DNA from: Candidatus Latescibacterota bacterium
GTDB taxonomy: Bacteria; Krumholzibacteriota; Krumholzibacteriia; WVZY01; JAKEHA01
Reading direction: 5' to 3'
Assembly: GCA_963707635.1 (NCBI GenBank)
Contig: OY970173.1
Location: 64,001-128,000 of the forward strand
Length of the DNA: 64,000 nt
The position numbers and the translations under genes were made by a program. Below are positions 30,652 through 41,932 of this stretch, piece after piece. Under the pieces are notes generated by a model. It saw only the letters and a list, made by a program, of their open reading frames with translations, made no database searches and was not told the origin of the DNA. Positions within the stretch are counted from its first letter, which is position 1. Each line of letters opens with the position of its first letter.

Positions 30652-31759
30652 GCGGGCCACCATATGATTGACCGGCGAGATGCATGTGGGACAACGAAAT
30701 GCGGCCCACCGAGGTCATGAGCAGGCTGCCGATGAAGAGATCGGACCCGACCTGGTTCACGCTGGTAGCCGCTCCATATGTCCCGGCCGCACCGTGAAAG
30801 CAGGCGCGCACGCTACCGGTGGTGTCCACCGCGATCACGCCCCAGTCGGAGGGACCGCCGTGGATCCAGGGCGACGGGTGAGGGATCTTTGCGCGCGGGA
30901 TGCGCGTCAACGCCTGCCGGAATCGTGGCCGCGACGCGTGCCGTTCGAAGTCCGCGTCGCGATTTCCTACCAGGGCGACCCAGAAGAGTCCGGCGCCGTT
31001 ATACGAGAGGTTGTCGACACACCCGGGCAGCCCGCTCAAGAATATTTCCCGCTCACCGGCGCGCGGACCAGTAATCCAGAGTCGCGTAATCCGGGCGGCG
31101 ATGGTTTCACACACCAGCACGTAGCGCTCTCCAGGCCCAAGCGCGACGCCGTTGGGATAGTGGAGCGAATCGGCGCGCACCACGGTTTCGCCGCTCGCCG
31201 GATCGAAGGTGAGCAGCCGCCCGGTGGCGCGTCCCTCCCAGAAATCCATGTGCATGTCGTCCGGGTAGCGCGTCGTCACATCTGAAAACCAGATCGTCCC
31301 GTCGGCGGCGATGTCGAGATCGTCGGCGAACCAGATCGGCTTCCTGTCGGCGACATCGGTCAGCACCGAGACTTCCCCCGCGAGGGTCACGCGCAAGAGT
31401 CCGCGTTTCGGGTCGGCGACGATCAGATCGCCGCCGGCATCGAAGCCGAGCCCCAGGGGCCGGCCGTCGGTTTGCGCGACGTCCTCAAGCCCGCCGCCGT
31501 CCGGCCGAAACCGGACGATGCGCCCGTCCTGAAGGCCCGTGTACAGAAACCCGTCGGGACCGAGCGCGACATCTTCCGGGCCGTGCCCCGTGTCTATCCG
31601 GTGCAAATCTTCGACGTGCAATTCGCCGGCGTATACACCCGTCCACCCGGGATTCGGAGCGGGGGTCCACGCCACGGGCTGCACCCACGTGGGCCAGAAC
31701 GCGAGGTACGCCCAGATCGCCACGACGAATCCGAACAGAGCCGCCACCCACGGTCGCAT
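30647..31759 (-). CDS. SMP-30/gluconolactonase/strictosidine synthase family protein
   Basis: N-terminal anchor, GPEDVA, GRPLGLGFD, FADDLDIAADGTIWFSD, YPNGVAL and LPGCVDN. Confidence 0.9.
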   Translation of the reverse strand: MRPWVAALFGFVVAIWAYLAFWPTWVQPVAWTPAPNPGWTGVYAGELHVEDLHRIDTGHGPEDVALGPDGFLYTGLQDGRIVRFRPDGGGLEDVAQTDGRPLGLGFDAGGDLIVADPKRGLLRVTLAGEVSVLTDVADRKPIWFADDLDIAADGTIWFSDVTTRYPDDMHMDFWEGRATGRLLTFDPASGETVVRADSLHYPNGVALGPGERYVLVCETIAARITRLWITGPRAGEREIFLSGLPGCVDNLSYNGAGLFWVALVGNRDADFERHASRPRFRQALTRIPRAKIPHPSPWIHGGPSDWGVIAVDTTGSVRACFHGAAGTYGAATSVNQVGSDLFIGSLLMTSVGRISLSHMHLAGQSYGGPQ

Positions 31760-31763
31760 GTTG

Positions 31764-32294
31764 CTAGGCTCGCACCTTCGAGTACACGATCTGGTCGATC
31801 AGCTTCCGGTCCTTCATCGCCGCCTTGCGCAGCACGCCCTCCCGCTCGAACCCGCACTTCTCGAGCACCCGCATCGACGCCGCGTTCCACTCGAAGACTT
31901 CCGCGTAGACTCTCGCCATGCCGAGCGTGGTGAACGCGTACTCGGTCACCGCCGCGAGCGCTTCGGTGGCGATCCCGCGCCCCCAGAATTCTTCGCCCAG
32001 CCAGTACCCGATTTCAGTGCTCAAGCGGTTGATATCCTCTCCCGGCCGGAGCCCCACGGCCCCCACGGCGAAGCCGTCGATGTCGATCGCGAACACCAGG
32101 TTGAGCCCCTCGGTGGACGCGAGCCGGACCCAGTCCAGCGCGTCGGAGCGGGTGTAGGGGTGCGGAAAGGTGTCCCGAACATTGAGCCAGATGTTGCGAT
32201 TGTTGGCGTGCCGAACCAGGGACGGCTCGTCGCCGCGGCGCCACTCCCGCAAGAGACACTTCGACAACTGAAAGCGGATGGGTTCGATTCTCAT
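31764..32294 (-). CDS. RimJ/RimL-type GNAT N-acetyltransferase
   Basis: EIGYWLGEEFWGRGIATEAL and NAASMRVLEKCGFEREG. Confidence 0.9.
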   Translation of the reverse strand: MRIEPIRFQLSKCLLREWRRGDEPSLVRHANNRNIWLNVRDTFPHPYTRSDALDWVRLASTEGLNLVFAIDIDGFAVGAVGLRPGEDINRLSTEIGYWLGEEFWGRGIATEALAAVTEYAFTTLGMARVYAEVFEWNAASMRVLEKCGFEREGVLRKAAMKDRKLIDQIVYSKVRA

Positions 32295-32410
32295 GGGGAA
32301 AACAACGGAACTGTCGCGGGCATGCCGTGTTAAATTCGCCGACGCCACCGGACCCAGTATACACGATGGGAGTCCCGGCCCGGCGTGCCGCTCGAATCAG
32401 GGAGGGTCGG

Positions 32411-33667
32411 ATGAAAACGTGGATCGGTTGCGTGTGCGTTTGCGCGGTTCTGGCGGCCACGACGCCGGCGTCGGCCGGCACCTGGGCGGGGAAGGAAACC
32501 ACGAAAGACGGCGTCATCCACGTCATGAACCCCGCGACGCCCGCCGATGGCGCGACCGCGCTCGCTCCGCCGGAGCTGTGGCGGGTCGGTGGCGACGACG
32601 ACGAGGACATCATCTTCGGCGTGCTGCGCGACATCGCCATCGACCGCAGCGGCAACGTCTATCTCCTCGACGTCCAACTCAACCAGGTGATGGTCTTCGA
32701 CCGCGAGGGCACCTTCCTGCGCACCATCGGCCGCGAGGGTGAGGGACCCGGCGAATTCCGGCGGCCGTCGTCGTTCTTCATCACACCCGAGGGGAAGATC
32801 GCGGTGGTGCAGGCGATGCCCGGGAAGATCGTGCTGCTGAACGCGGACGGAACCCCGGCCGGCGACTTGAAGACGCCCGACGCGAGCGACGGCGGCATGC
32901 GCATGTTCTGGGCGGCGGGCAGCGCCGGCAATTCCGTGGTGCTGGGCACGAACGAATTCTCGCAGCGCGACGGCGCGTTCTACTACGCGGCGCGGTTGCT
33001 CCTGCTCGACGCCTCCGGCAAATCACGGACCGTCCTGCACGAGAAGAGCGGCAAGCGCGACATGGCCAACATGGGCTTCGACGAGAAAGAGTCCTTCCGC
33101 GCGCAGTGGGCCTCGGGCGGCGACGGCCGCGTGTACATCGCGACCGACTTCGACGCGTACCGCATCAACTGCTACAGCCCGTCCGGAACGCTCGAGCGCG
33201 TGATCGAGCGCGAATACGCTCATCGTGACCGCTCAAAAGAAGAGATGGAAGAGAACAAGCCGCGCATCGTGCTTCGCAACGATCGCGGCACGCAACGCCC
33301 GAAGGTGATCGCGAGCCCCACCGACCCCGACGTCCTGCGCATGTTCGCGCGCGACGACGGGTCGCTGTGGGTGATCTCGAGCCACGGCGGCCTGGACGAG
33401 GCCGCGGGGACCGTCGCCACCGCGGATGTGTTCGATGCCAGCGGACGTTTCGTCCAGCAGATCGCGCTTAAGGCCGACGGGACCTTCCGCGACGACGGAC
33501 TCCTGGTCGTCGGCGATCATCTCTTCGTGCTCAAGGAACTGCGCGCGGCCCAACGCGCGATGTTCGGCGGCGACGACGAAGAGCAGAGCCAGGCGGAAGA
33601 GGAGGAGGCGGAGCCGATGTCGGTGGTGTGCTACCGGCTCTCGCCGACCGCCGCCGCGAAGCGATAA
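32411..33667 (+). CDS. Secreted 6-bladed beta-propeller (NHL-like) protein
   Basis: Signal peptide after a GGAGG RBS; DIAIDRSGNVYLLD...FLRTIGREGEGPGEFRRP. Confidence 0.8.
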   Translation: MKTWIGCVCVCAVLAATTPASAGTWAGKETTKDGVIHVMNPATPADGATALAPPELWRVGGDDDEDIIFGVLRDIAIDRSGNVYLLDVQLNQVMVFDREGTFLRTIGREGEGPGEFRRPSSFFITPEGKIAVVQAMPGKIVLLNADGTPAGDLKTPDASDGGMRMFWAAGSAGNSVVLGTNEFSQRDGAFYYAARLLLLDASGKSRTVLHEKSGKRDMANMGFDEKESFRAQWASGGDGRVYIATDFDAYRINCYSPSGTLERVIEREYAHRDRSKEEMEENKPRIVLRNDRGTQRPKVIASPTDPDVLRMFARDDGSLWVISSHGGLDEAAGTVATADVFDASGRFVQQIALKADGTFRDDGLLVVGDHLFVLKELRAAQRAMFGGDDEEQSQAEEEEAEPMSVVCYRLSPTAAAKR

Positions 33668-33685
33668 TCCCGGGCGGTTGGGGCT

Positions 33686-34531
33686 CTAGGCGAGCTTGAT
33701 CAGCACCATCCCGGCGACCACCATCGCGATGCCGACCCAGCGCGCGCGGCTCATGCGTTCGTGCAGGAACCGCGCCCCCAGCAGCGCGGCAATCACGACC
33801 GAGAACTCGCGCACGGCGGTGACGTAGCTCACCGGCCCGCGCTCGAACGCAAACAGAATGATCAGGTACGTGATCGGTGATCCCACGCCGATGATCCACG
33901 CCGTCTTCCAGTACTTCCGGTACGCGACAGCGAGCCGGGCGCGCAACCGCCTCCAACCGAACAACGCGAGCAGGGCGGCGCCCACCCCGGTCTCCACCGC
34001 AAGATACACAGTCGGATCCAGCTTCTCCACGCCGCGATCGTCGATCAGCGAGTACCCCGTGATGGTGAGGCCGGCGAGGAGCGCCAGCGCGACCGCGTGA
34101 ATGCGCACGGGCGCGGCGTGGCGCTGGTATCCGAGCGCAAACACCCCCGCGCACACGGCCGCGATCCCAAGCCCGCCCGTCAGGGACAGCGGCTCGCGGA
34201 TGAATAGCATCGAGCCGATCGCCGTGCCGAGCACACCGCTCCCGCGCGCGATCGGATACGCCAACGAAATGTCGCCGTAGCGATACATGCGGGCAAGCGC
34301 CCACCAGTAGCCGCAGTGCACGACGCCGCTTGCGCACGCGATCGCGTATCCATCGCGCGGGAACGGCTTCCCCCACTGGTGCGCGATCGCGGTTGGCAGC
34401 GTGGCCAGGGTCGAGATGGCGGCGCCGAGCCACAGCACGGTGAGGCTCCCGCCGGATCGCTTGGCGAAGAAGTTCCAGGTGGCGTGGAGGACGGCGGCAA
34501 GGAGGATGAGGGCAAGCAGCGAACCGGACAT
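33686..34531 (-). CDS. EamA/DMT family transporter
   Basis: AAVLHATWNFFAK, GDISLAYPIARG, VSYVTAVREFSVV; two-repeat membrane layout. Confidence 0.9.
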   Translation of the reverse strand: MSGSLLALILLAAVLHATWNFFAKRSGGSLTVLWLGAAISTLATLPTAIAHQWGKPFPRDGYAIACASGVVHCGYWWALARMYRYGDISLAYPIARGSGVLGTAIGSMLFIREPLSLTGGLGIAAVCAGVFALGYQRHAAPVRIHAVALALLAGLTITGYSLIDDRGVEKLDPTVYLAVETGVGAALLALFGWRRLRARLAVAYRKYWKTAWIIGVGSPITYLIILFAFERGPVSYVTAVREFSVVIAALLGARFLHERMSRARWVGIAMVVAGMVLIKLA

Positions 34532-34565
34532 GGTGGGCGGGAGCCTACCACACCCGGCGGAGGAC

Positions 34566-37500
34566 TCACATGTTCCTTCGGTACTCCCCGCCCACGTCGA
34601 AGAGCGCGTGGGTGATCGATCCCAGCGAGCACACCTTCGCCGCCTCCATCAGCGCGTCGAAGACGTTCTGATTGTGGACGGCGGCGCTCTGGACGGCGCG
34701 CAGCGCGGTGGCCGCCGCCGCGCCGGAGCGCTCCTCGAGCGCGCGCACGGTCTGGATCTGTTGCTTTTTTTCCTCCTCGGTGGCGCGGATCACTTCGCGC
34801 GGCCGGGTGGTCGGCGAGCCCTCCGCCGACAGGAAGGTGTTTACGCCGATGATGGGCAGCTTGCCGGAGTGCTTGAGGGTTTCGTAGTAGAGCGACTCCT
34901 CTTGTATTTTGCCTCTCTGGTACATGGTTTCCATCGCGCCCAGCACGCCGCCGCGCTCGGTGATGCGGTCGAACTCGACCAGCACCGCCTCCTCGACCAG
35001 ATCCGTCAGCTCCTCGATCACGAACGCGCCCTGGAGCGGGTTTTCGTTCTTCGCCAGCCCCAGCTCACGGTTGATGATGAGCTGGATCGCCATCGCGCGA
35101 CGGACCGATTCCTCGGTCGGGGTCGTGATCGCCTCGTCGTAGGCATTGGTGTGGAGCGAGTTGCAGTTGTCGTAGATGGCGTAGAGCGCCTGCAGGGTGG
35201 TGCGGATGTCGTTGAACGCGATCTCCTGCGCGTGGAGCGAGCGGCCCGAGGTCTGGATGTGGTACTTGAGCATCTGCGAGCGCTCGTCGGCGCCGTACTT
35301 GAGCTTCATCGCCTTGGCCCAGATGCGGCGCGCGACCCGCCCGATCACGCTGTACTCGGGGTCGACGCCGTTGGAGAAGAAAAACGACAGGTTGGGCCCG
35401 AAGGCGTCGATGTCCATCCCGCGCGAGAGGTAGTACTCGACGTAGGTGAACCCGTTCGCGAGCGTGAAGGCGAGCTGGGAGATCGGGTTCGCGCCGGCTT
35501 CCGCTATGTGGTAGCCGGAAATCGACACCGAATAGAAATTGCGCACGTTCTTGCGATTGAAGTAGTCCTGCACGTCCCCCATCAATCGGAGCGCGAACTC
35601 GGTCGAGAAGATGCACGTGTTCTGTGCCTGATCCTCCTTGAGGATGTCCGCCTGTACCGTGCCGCGCACCACCTTGAGCGCGTCGGCCTGGATGCGGTCG
35701 TACACCTCCTCCGGGAGCACCTGGTCGCCGGTCACGCCGAGGAGCATGAGCCCGAGGCCGTCGTTGCCCTCGGGCAGGTCGCCGGCGTAGCGCGGGCGCA
35801 GCGCGTCGCGGCCCTTGTAGAGCGCAGCGATCTTCTTCTTCACGTCGGCTTCGAGACCGTTCTGCCGGATGTGGAGCTCGCACTGCTGGTCGATGGCCGC
35901 GTTGAGAAAATAGGCGAGCAGCATCGGCGCGGGGCCGTTGATGGTCATCGACACCGAGGTCTTCGGATCGCACAGGTCGAAACCGGAGTAGAGTTTTTTG
36001 GCGTCGTCGAGGCAGCAGATCGACACGCCAGAGTTTCCGATCTTGCCGTAGATGTCGGGGCGGACGTCGGGGTCGCGGCCGTAGAGCGTCACCGAATCGA
36101 ACGCGGTCGAGAGCCGCCGCGCCGGCATGTGATGGCTCACGTAGTGGAAGCGGCGGTTGGTGCGCTCGGGGGCGCCTTCGCCGGCGAACATGCGCGTCGG
36201 ATCCTCTTCGGTGCGCTTGAACGGGTAGATGCCCGCCGCGAACGGGAACTCGCCCGGGACGTTCTCGGAGAGGCTCCAGCGAAGCACGTCACCCCACGCC
36301 TGGTAGCGCGGGAGGGAGATCTTCGGCACCTGCGTGTGCGAGAGGCTCTCGGTGTGTGTCTCGATGGCGATGTCCCGCCCGCGCACCCGGTAGGTGAACA
36401 CCGGTTCGCGGTAGCGCGCCTTCTTCGCCTCCCAGCCGTTCACGATGTCGAGACACTCGGGAGTAAGACCGCGCGCGACGCCGGCGTACGTCTCCTCGAG
36501 GTCCTTCACGATCCTATCCCGGTCGGCGGCGCCGCTCGCGCGCACCGTATCGATGGACGTGCGCAGCGCGTAGAGTTTCTGCGCGACCTCCGCCTGCTCG
36601 CCCACCCAGGTGTCGTAGCGCCGGCACGTCTCCGCGATCTCGGACAGGTAGCGCACGCGCGGCGGGCGGGATGATGTAGATCTTCTCCGACATCTCGTCG
36701 GTGGGGTGGAAATTCGACTTCCATTCAGACAGTGGTAACTTGCACTTGGTTACCAGCACGTCCACCACTGCGCGGTAGAGGTTGTTGGTCCCGGGGTCGT
36801 TGAACTGCGACGCGATGGTGCCGAACACCGGAAGCGTCTCGTCGACGGCGTCGAACAGCTGGTGCGCGCGCTTGAATTGCTTGCGCACGTCGCGCAATGC
36901 GTCCAGCGCGCCGCGCTTGTCGAACTTGTTGAGCGCGATCAGGTCCGCGAAGTCGAGCATGTCGATTTTCTCGAGTTGCGACGCCGCGCCGTACTCGGGC
37001 GTCATCACGTAGAGGCTCACGTTGGAGTGATCGACGATTTCGGTGTCCGACTGCCCGATGCCGGAGGTCTCCAAGACGATGAGGTCGTAGCCCGTGGCCT
37101 TGAGCACGTCGAGCGCGTCCTTGACGTGCGCGGAGAGCGCCAGGTTCGACTGGCGGGTCGCGAGCGAACGCACGAAGACGCGGCCGTTGCGGATCGAGTT
37201 CATGCGGATGCGGTCGCCGAGGAGCGCCCCGCCGGTCTTGCGCTTCGACGGGTCGACACACACCACGCCGACGGTCTTGTCAGGAAAATCGATCAGGAAG
37301 CGCCGCACCAGCTCGTCGACCAGCGACGATTTCCCCGCCCCGCCCGTGCCGGTGATGCCGAGCACCGGCGTCTTCGACTCCTTCGCGCGCGCGCGGATCT
37401 TGCCGAGGTCCTTCGCCGCTTCCTCCGGATAGTTCTCCGCGGCGGAGATGACACGAGCGATCGCCACCGGGTCACGGCGCGAGAGCGAATCGACCGCGCC

Positions 37501-37956
37501 GTTCAGGCTCGCGCCGGTGGCGAAGTCGCTCTGCTTGACCACGTCGTTGATCATGCCCTGCAATCCCATCGACCGCCCGTCGTCGGGCGAGTAGATGCGC
37601 GCGATACCGTAGCGCTGCAGCTCCTCTATTTCATTCGGAAGGATCACTCCACCCCCGCCCGCGAAAATCTTGATGTGCCCGGCGCCACGCTGGTCGAGGA
37701 GGTCCTTCATGTACTTGAAGTACTCCATGTGCCCGCCCTGATAGGAGGTCATCGCGATCGCCTGGGCGTCTTCCTGGATGGCGGCGTTGACCACTTCGTC
37801 CACCGAACGATCGTGGCCGAGGTGAATCACCTCGCACCCGGTGGACTGGATGATGCGGCGCATGACGTTGATCGCCGCGTCGTGCCCGTCGAAGAGCGAC
37901 GCCGCGGTGACGATGCGCACCTTGTGGCGGGGTTTGTAGGGTTCTACTGCCTTCAT
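34566..37956 (-). CDS. icmF: Fused isobutyryl-CoA mutase/MeaB GTPase; single frameshift near 36660
   Basis: B12-binding [12 protein letters not shown]-loop GTGGAGKSS, and mutase [34 protein letters not shown]; ORFs 36514..38052 and 34566..36656 join at IIPP/RVRYL. Confidence 0.9.
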
Positions 37957-38084
37957 GGTACGGTGCGAACCGCGGCTCGACGCCGGGGCCGTCACTCGGA
38001 GTCTAACGAAAGCGCAGCGCCGGGGCAATGGCGGTCGCGGGACGCCTTCCACTCGCCCGTGGTATACTGGTGCCTCTCCTCATC

Positions 38085-39992
38085 ATGTGTGGAATTACCG
38101 GCTTCGTCACTCGCGACCCTCGCGTTACCACCCTTCCCGCCGACCTCGCCGTGGCGGTCGAATGTCTGCGCTACCGCGGTCCCGACGACCAGGGCATCTG
38201 GTTCGCCGACGGGATCGGCCTCGGCCACCGGCGGCTGTCGATCCTGGACCTCTCGGCCCTCGGCCACCAGCCGATGTTCTCGGCCGACGGGCGCCTCGTG
38301 ATGATCTTCAACGGCGAGATCTACAACTTCGGCGACATCCGCAAAGAACTAAGCGCGCGGGGTCACACGTTTCGCGGCACCGGCGACGCCGAAACGGTGC
38401 TGGCCGCGTTCACGGAATGGGGCGACGGCGCGGTGGACCGGTTCCTCGGCATGTTCGCGTTCGCGCTCTGGGACACCCGCGATCGCGTGCTGCACCTGTA
38501 CCGCGACCGTCTCGGCGTGAAACCGCTCTATTATGGATGGGACGGACGTTCGTTGTGGTTCGGATCCGAGCTCAAGGCCCTGCGCGCGTTCACGCACTGG
38601 ACCCCCAGGATCGACCACCAGGCCCTCGGTGAATACTTCCAGTACGGGTACATCTCCGGCCCGCGCAGCATCTACACCCAGGTGCGAAAACTCGAACCCG
38701 GCTGCCGTTTGAAACTGGCGCGCGACGGCGAGCCAGTCGTCGAGCGCTACTGGTCGGTGCTCGACCGCACGCGCGATCGTCTAACCGGGGACGACGACGC
38801 GCTGGAAGCCGAGCTCGAGGCGCTCATGAAAGATGCGTTCCGCCTGCGGCTGGTCTCCGACGTCCCGGTCGGAATGTACCTCTCCGGCGGGGTGGATTCG
38901 TCGCTGGTCACCGCGATCCTGTCGAAAACGGTATCGCAGCCGCTGCGCACCTTCACCATCGGCTTCCGCGAGGACAGTCACGACGAGTCGGCGTGGGCCC
39001 GGCGCGTGGCGGACCACCTGGGCACACGTCACACCGAATACATCCTCGAGGTGCGCGAGGCGCTCGCGATCGCGCGCGGCTGGGGCACGCTCTTCGACGA
39101 GCCCTTTGGCGACTCCTCGGGCATCCCCACCCTGCTGGTCTCGCGCCTGGCGCGCGAAGAGGTCAAGGTCGTGCTCTCCGCCGACGGCGGCGACGAGCTC
39201 TTCATGGGGTACAGCGTCTACGACGACGTGCTCCCGCGGCTGCGCCGTTTCTCGCAGATGCCCGCGGGTCTGAAACAGGCCATCGCCGGCGCGCTCGCGC
39301 GCACGCACGTCGACCTGCTCGATCGCCGGCTGGCGAAGGTGGGAACGCCGGCGTCGGTTCGCGGTCGCATCACCCGCGGCATCCGTCGCTCGCGCGCGAT
39401 CCTGCCGAACGCATCCGTGGGCCGCGTGTACGATGCGGCGGTCTCCTACTGGCTGCCGGAGGAAGTCGTCGAGCTGCTGGGCGCCTACCGGAACCCGCGC
39501 GACCTCGCCGACGTGTTCGAGGGAAACGAGCACGAGCAGATGGGCCTGTGGGACCTGCAGCACTATCTGCCCGGAGACGTGCTGACCAAGGTAGATCGAA
39601 GCACGATGGCCGTCAGTCTCGAAGGCCGCGAGCCGCTGCTCGACCATCGCCTGGTCGAGTTCGCGTTCCGGCTGCCAACGCACCTGCGCAACGGCGCCCT
39701 CGGGCGCAAACACCTGCTGAAGAAGATCCTGTACCGGCACGTGCCGCGTGCGCTGGTCGATCGCCCCAAACAGGGCTTCGCTATCCCGCTGGAGCAGTGG
39801 CTCCGCGACGACCTGCGCGAACTCACGCGCGACTATCTCGCCTCCGCGCGCATCCGAAAGGCCGGCATCCTGGACGACTCGGTGGTCCAGCATGTCGTCG
39901 ATGGGTTCTATCGCGGGGACCGCAAGCTCACCACGCAGCTCTGGTTTCTGCTGGCGTTCGAAATGTGGCGGGAGGAATGGGATCGGGGATGA
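38085..39992 (+). CDS. asnB: Asparagine synthase (glutamine-hydrolysing) family amidotransferase
   Basis: MCGITG, GHRRLSILDLS, FNGEIYN, LSGGVDSS, DEPFGDSS and SADGGDELF. Confidence 0.92.
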   Translation: MCGITGFVTRDPRVTTLPADLAVAVECLRYRGPDDQGIWFADGIGLGHRRLSILDLSALGHQPMFSADGRLVMIFNGEIYNFGDIRKELSARGHTFRGTGDAETVLAAFTEWGDGAVDRFLGMFAFALWDTRDRVLHLYRDRLGVKPLYYGWDGRSLWFGSELKALRAFTHWTPRIDHQALGEYFQYGYISGPRSIYTQVRKLEPGCRLKLARDGEPVVERYWSVLDRTRDRLTGDDDALEAELEALMKDAFRLRLVSDVPVGMYLSGGVDSSLVTAILSKTVSQPLRTFTIGFREDSHDESAWARRVADHLGTRHTEYILEVREALAIARGWGTLFDEPFGDSSGIPTLLVSRLAREEVKVVLSADGGDELFMGYSVYDDVLPRLRRFSQMPAGLKQAIAGALARTHVDLLDRRLAKVGTPASVRGRITRGIRRSRAILPNASVGRVYDAAVSYWLPEEVVELLGAYRNPRDLADVFEGNEHEQMGLWDLQHYLPGDVLTKVDRSTMAVSLEGREPLLDHRLVEFAFRLPTHLRNGALGRKHLLKKILYRHVPRALVDRPKQGFAIPLEQWLRDDLRELTRDYLASARIRKAGILDDSVVQHVVDGFYRGDRKLTTQLWFLLAFEMWREEWDRG

Positions 39993-40111
39993 AAGTGCGC
40001 GGGTCCTGTCGCTGACCCACCCCAGAGTGTAGCGGCATCTTGTCGCCCACCCGCTCCGCGCCGCGGCATCCGCCGCGGGGACCCCGTGTCAGCGCCACCC
40101 GCGCCTGGCGC

Positions 40112-41077
40112 TCAGCGGCCGGCGAGGAGCCGGGCACGCACGCCCATCCGGCCCATCTGCTCGCGCACCCGCCGCGCCGTCGCCACCAACGAACCCGTGT
40201 GCGCGTACACCGTGTACTCGAACGGCACCGCGCCGAAGCTCTGCTTGAAGCGCACGCTGCCGAGACGATCGTTGGGACTCGCGCCCAGGTTCAGCTCGTG
40301 CGCCCCGCGCGCGGCTTCCGCGCGGATGGCGTGGTCGATGAGCGCGTTGGTCGCGCGCAGGTGGAGGAAGCGGTCGTCGTACACCCACATCCAGTCGTAC
40401 GCGCGCTGGCGGTAGCGAAGCACGAGGTTGGCCGCGACCACCGCACCGTTGTGCCGCGCGACGGCGAACGTGGCGAGGCCGGCGGGCACGAGTGACGCGA
40501 GCACGGCGTCGAAGAACGCGCGCGGCAGCGGGCGCGCGCCGTGGCGCGCCACCGTGCGCAGGTGCAGGCGATGAAACGCCTGCATGTCCGCCGGGCGGTC
40601 CGTGATTTCGACGCGAACGCCGCGTTCGACTCCCTGGCGCAATAGCCGCCGGTTGGCGTCGGAGTAGCCCGCCTGGGCCGCGTCGTATCCGCGCGAGACG
40701 TCGACAATGTGCGATGAGACCCGTCGCGCGGCGCCGTTGGCCGACACCATCCGCGCCGAGAAATCGACCACCCGCGCGGACGAGCGCCCGAGCACTTCGA
40801 CGGCGTTCTCGAATTCGACCGGGCCGTTCGGGTGCGGCGTCACTGGTCCGCCGTAGGTGTCGAACGGGAGCGAATACGCCCGCCGCCACGCGCCTTTTCC
40901 CTTGAGCACGAAGGGCAGCATCGTCTCGGAGTTGACTTCGACGAACGCCACCCCGGCGCCGAGGTGTTTCCACACGTCGAGCCACGCCGTGGTCTGATAG
41001 ACGGTGGCGTTGGGACTGTGCGCGACGAGATCGGCGTACCGATCACGAACGGATTGAACATCGGAGAGAAGACGCAA
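40112..41077 (-). CDS. FemAB-like/GNAT family acyltransferase
   Basis: ATVYQTTAW, SLPFDTYGG, ATNALIDHAI and VRFKQSFGA. Confidence 0.75.
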   Translation of the reverse strand: MRLLSDVQSVRDRYADLVAHSPNATVYQTTAWLDVWKHLGAGVAFVEVNSETMLPFVLKGKGAWRRAYSLPFDTYGGPVTPHPNGPVEFENAVEVLGRSSARVVDFSARMVSANGAARRVSSHIVDVSRGYDAAQAGYSDANRRLLRQGVERGVRVEITDRPADMQAFHRLHLRTVARHGARPLPRAFFDAVLASLVPAGLATFAVARHNGAVVAANLVLRYRQRAYDWMWVYDDRFLHLRATNALIDHAIRAEAARGAHELNLGASPNDRLGSVRFKQSFGAVPFEYTVYAHTGSLVATARRVREQMGRMGVRARLLAGR

Positions 41078-41220
41078 TATCCACCCCGCGTGTTGTCGAC
41101 TCTTCAGGGGGTTCCGGCGGCGGTCGCCGGCAGCGGTAGCAATTCGGGCTGGATGACTCCTCGGGATCGTTGTCCCAGCGGGGGGTTGCCGCTATAGTTC
41201 GGGGCGGCTGTAGCGAAATC

Positions 41221-41925
41221 ATGCGTCAACCGCGCCCCAAAGTCAATCCCCGAACTTCCCTCGCACACGCGCCCCTGCGGGCGTGGGGCTTCGTACGGCG
41301 CCAGATTCTGACTTTGGCCGCGCGGGTCGAGGACCTCCACTTCGATCCCGCGTTCGGCTCGGAGACGCGGCGCATCGTCGAGACCGCCTCCATGAATGAC
41401 GTGACCAGCGCCAACCGCACTCGCGGAATCCGCTACCAGCCCACCCGCGCACTGCCGCTGCGACGCGTGCTGCGGGCCGCGGAGATACCGACGGACGGGT
41501 GCTTCGTCGATCTGGGGTGCGGGAAGGGCCGTGCGCTCATGGTCGCGGTGTTGAGCGGCTTCACCCGGGTGAAGGGCATCGACTACTCGCCGGATCTGTG
41601 CGCCGCGGCGCAGCGCAACCTGGACGAATTGCGAACCCGCTCGCGCCGCGTTTTCGCGGCGGAGGTGCTGTGTCTCGACGCGGCGGACTACCCGTTCACG
41701 CCCGACGATTCGGTGGTGTTTCTCTTCAACCCGTTCGACGCGACCGTGCTCTCGGCCGTGCTCGCCCGGCTGCAGAAGTCGCTCGCGACGCACCCCCGCC
41801 GGGTCTGGATCGTCTACCACTATCCGGCGTGGCGGAGCGTGCTGGACGAAAGTTCGTGGCTGGAATTCGTCGGCGACTACTGGTTCGGGGGGTGCGCGTT
41901 CGCCGTCTATCGAACGCGGGCGTGA
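41221..41925 (+). CDS. Class I SAM-dependent methyltransferase
   Basis: YQPT, FVDLGCGKGRAL and FLFNPF. Confidence 0.8.
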   Translation: MRQPRPKVNPRTSLAHAPLRAWGFVRRQILTLAARVEDLHFDPAFGSETRRIVETASMNDVTSANRTRGIRYQPTRALPLRRVLRAAEIPTDGCFVDLGCGKGRALMVAVLSGFTRVKGIDYSPDLCAAAQRNLDELRTRSRRVFAAEVLCLDAADYPFTPDDSVVFLFNPFDATVLSAVLARLQKSLATHPRRVWIVYHYPAWRSVLDESSWLEFVGDYWFGGCAFAVYRTRA

Positions 41926-41932
41926 AGATGTC

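Noticed and set aside
36640..36680. Programmed frameshift or true split of icmF
   Set aside because: No slippery sequence, and similar single-base indels break many unrelated genes, so consensus error is the simpler explanation.
38085..41925. asnB + GNAT + methyltransferase as a lasso-peptide or other biosynthetic cluster
   Set aside because: AsnB keeps a full glutaminase domain, the genes alternate in strand, and no precursor peptide, B protein or transporter was found.
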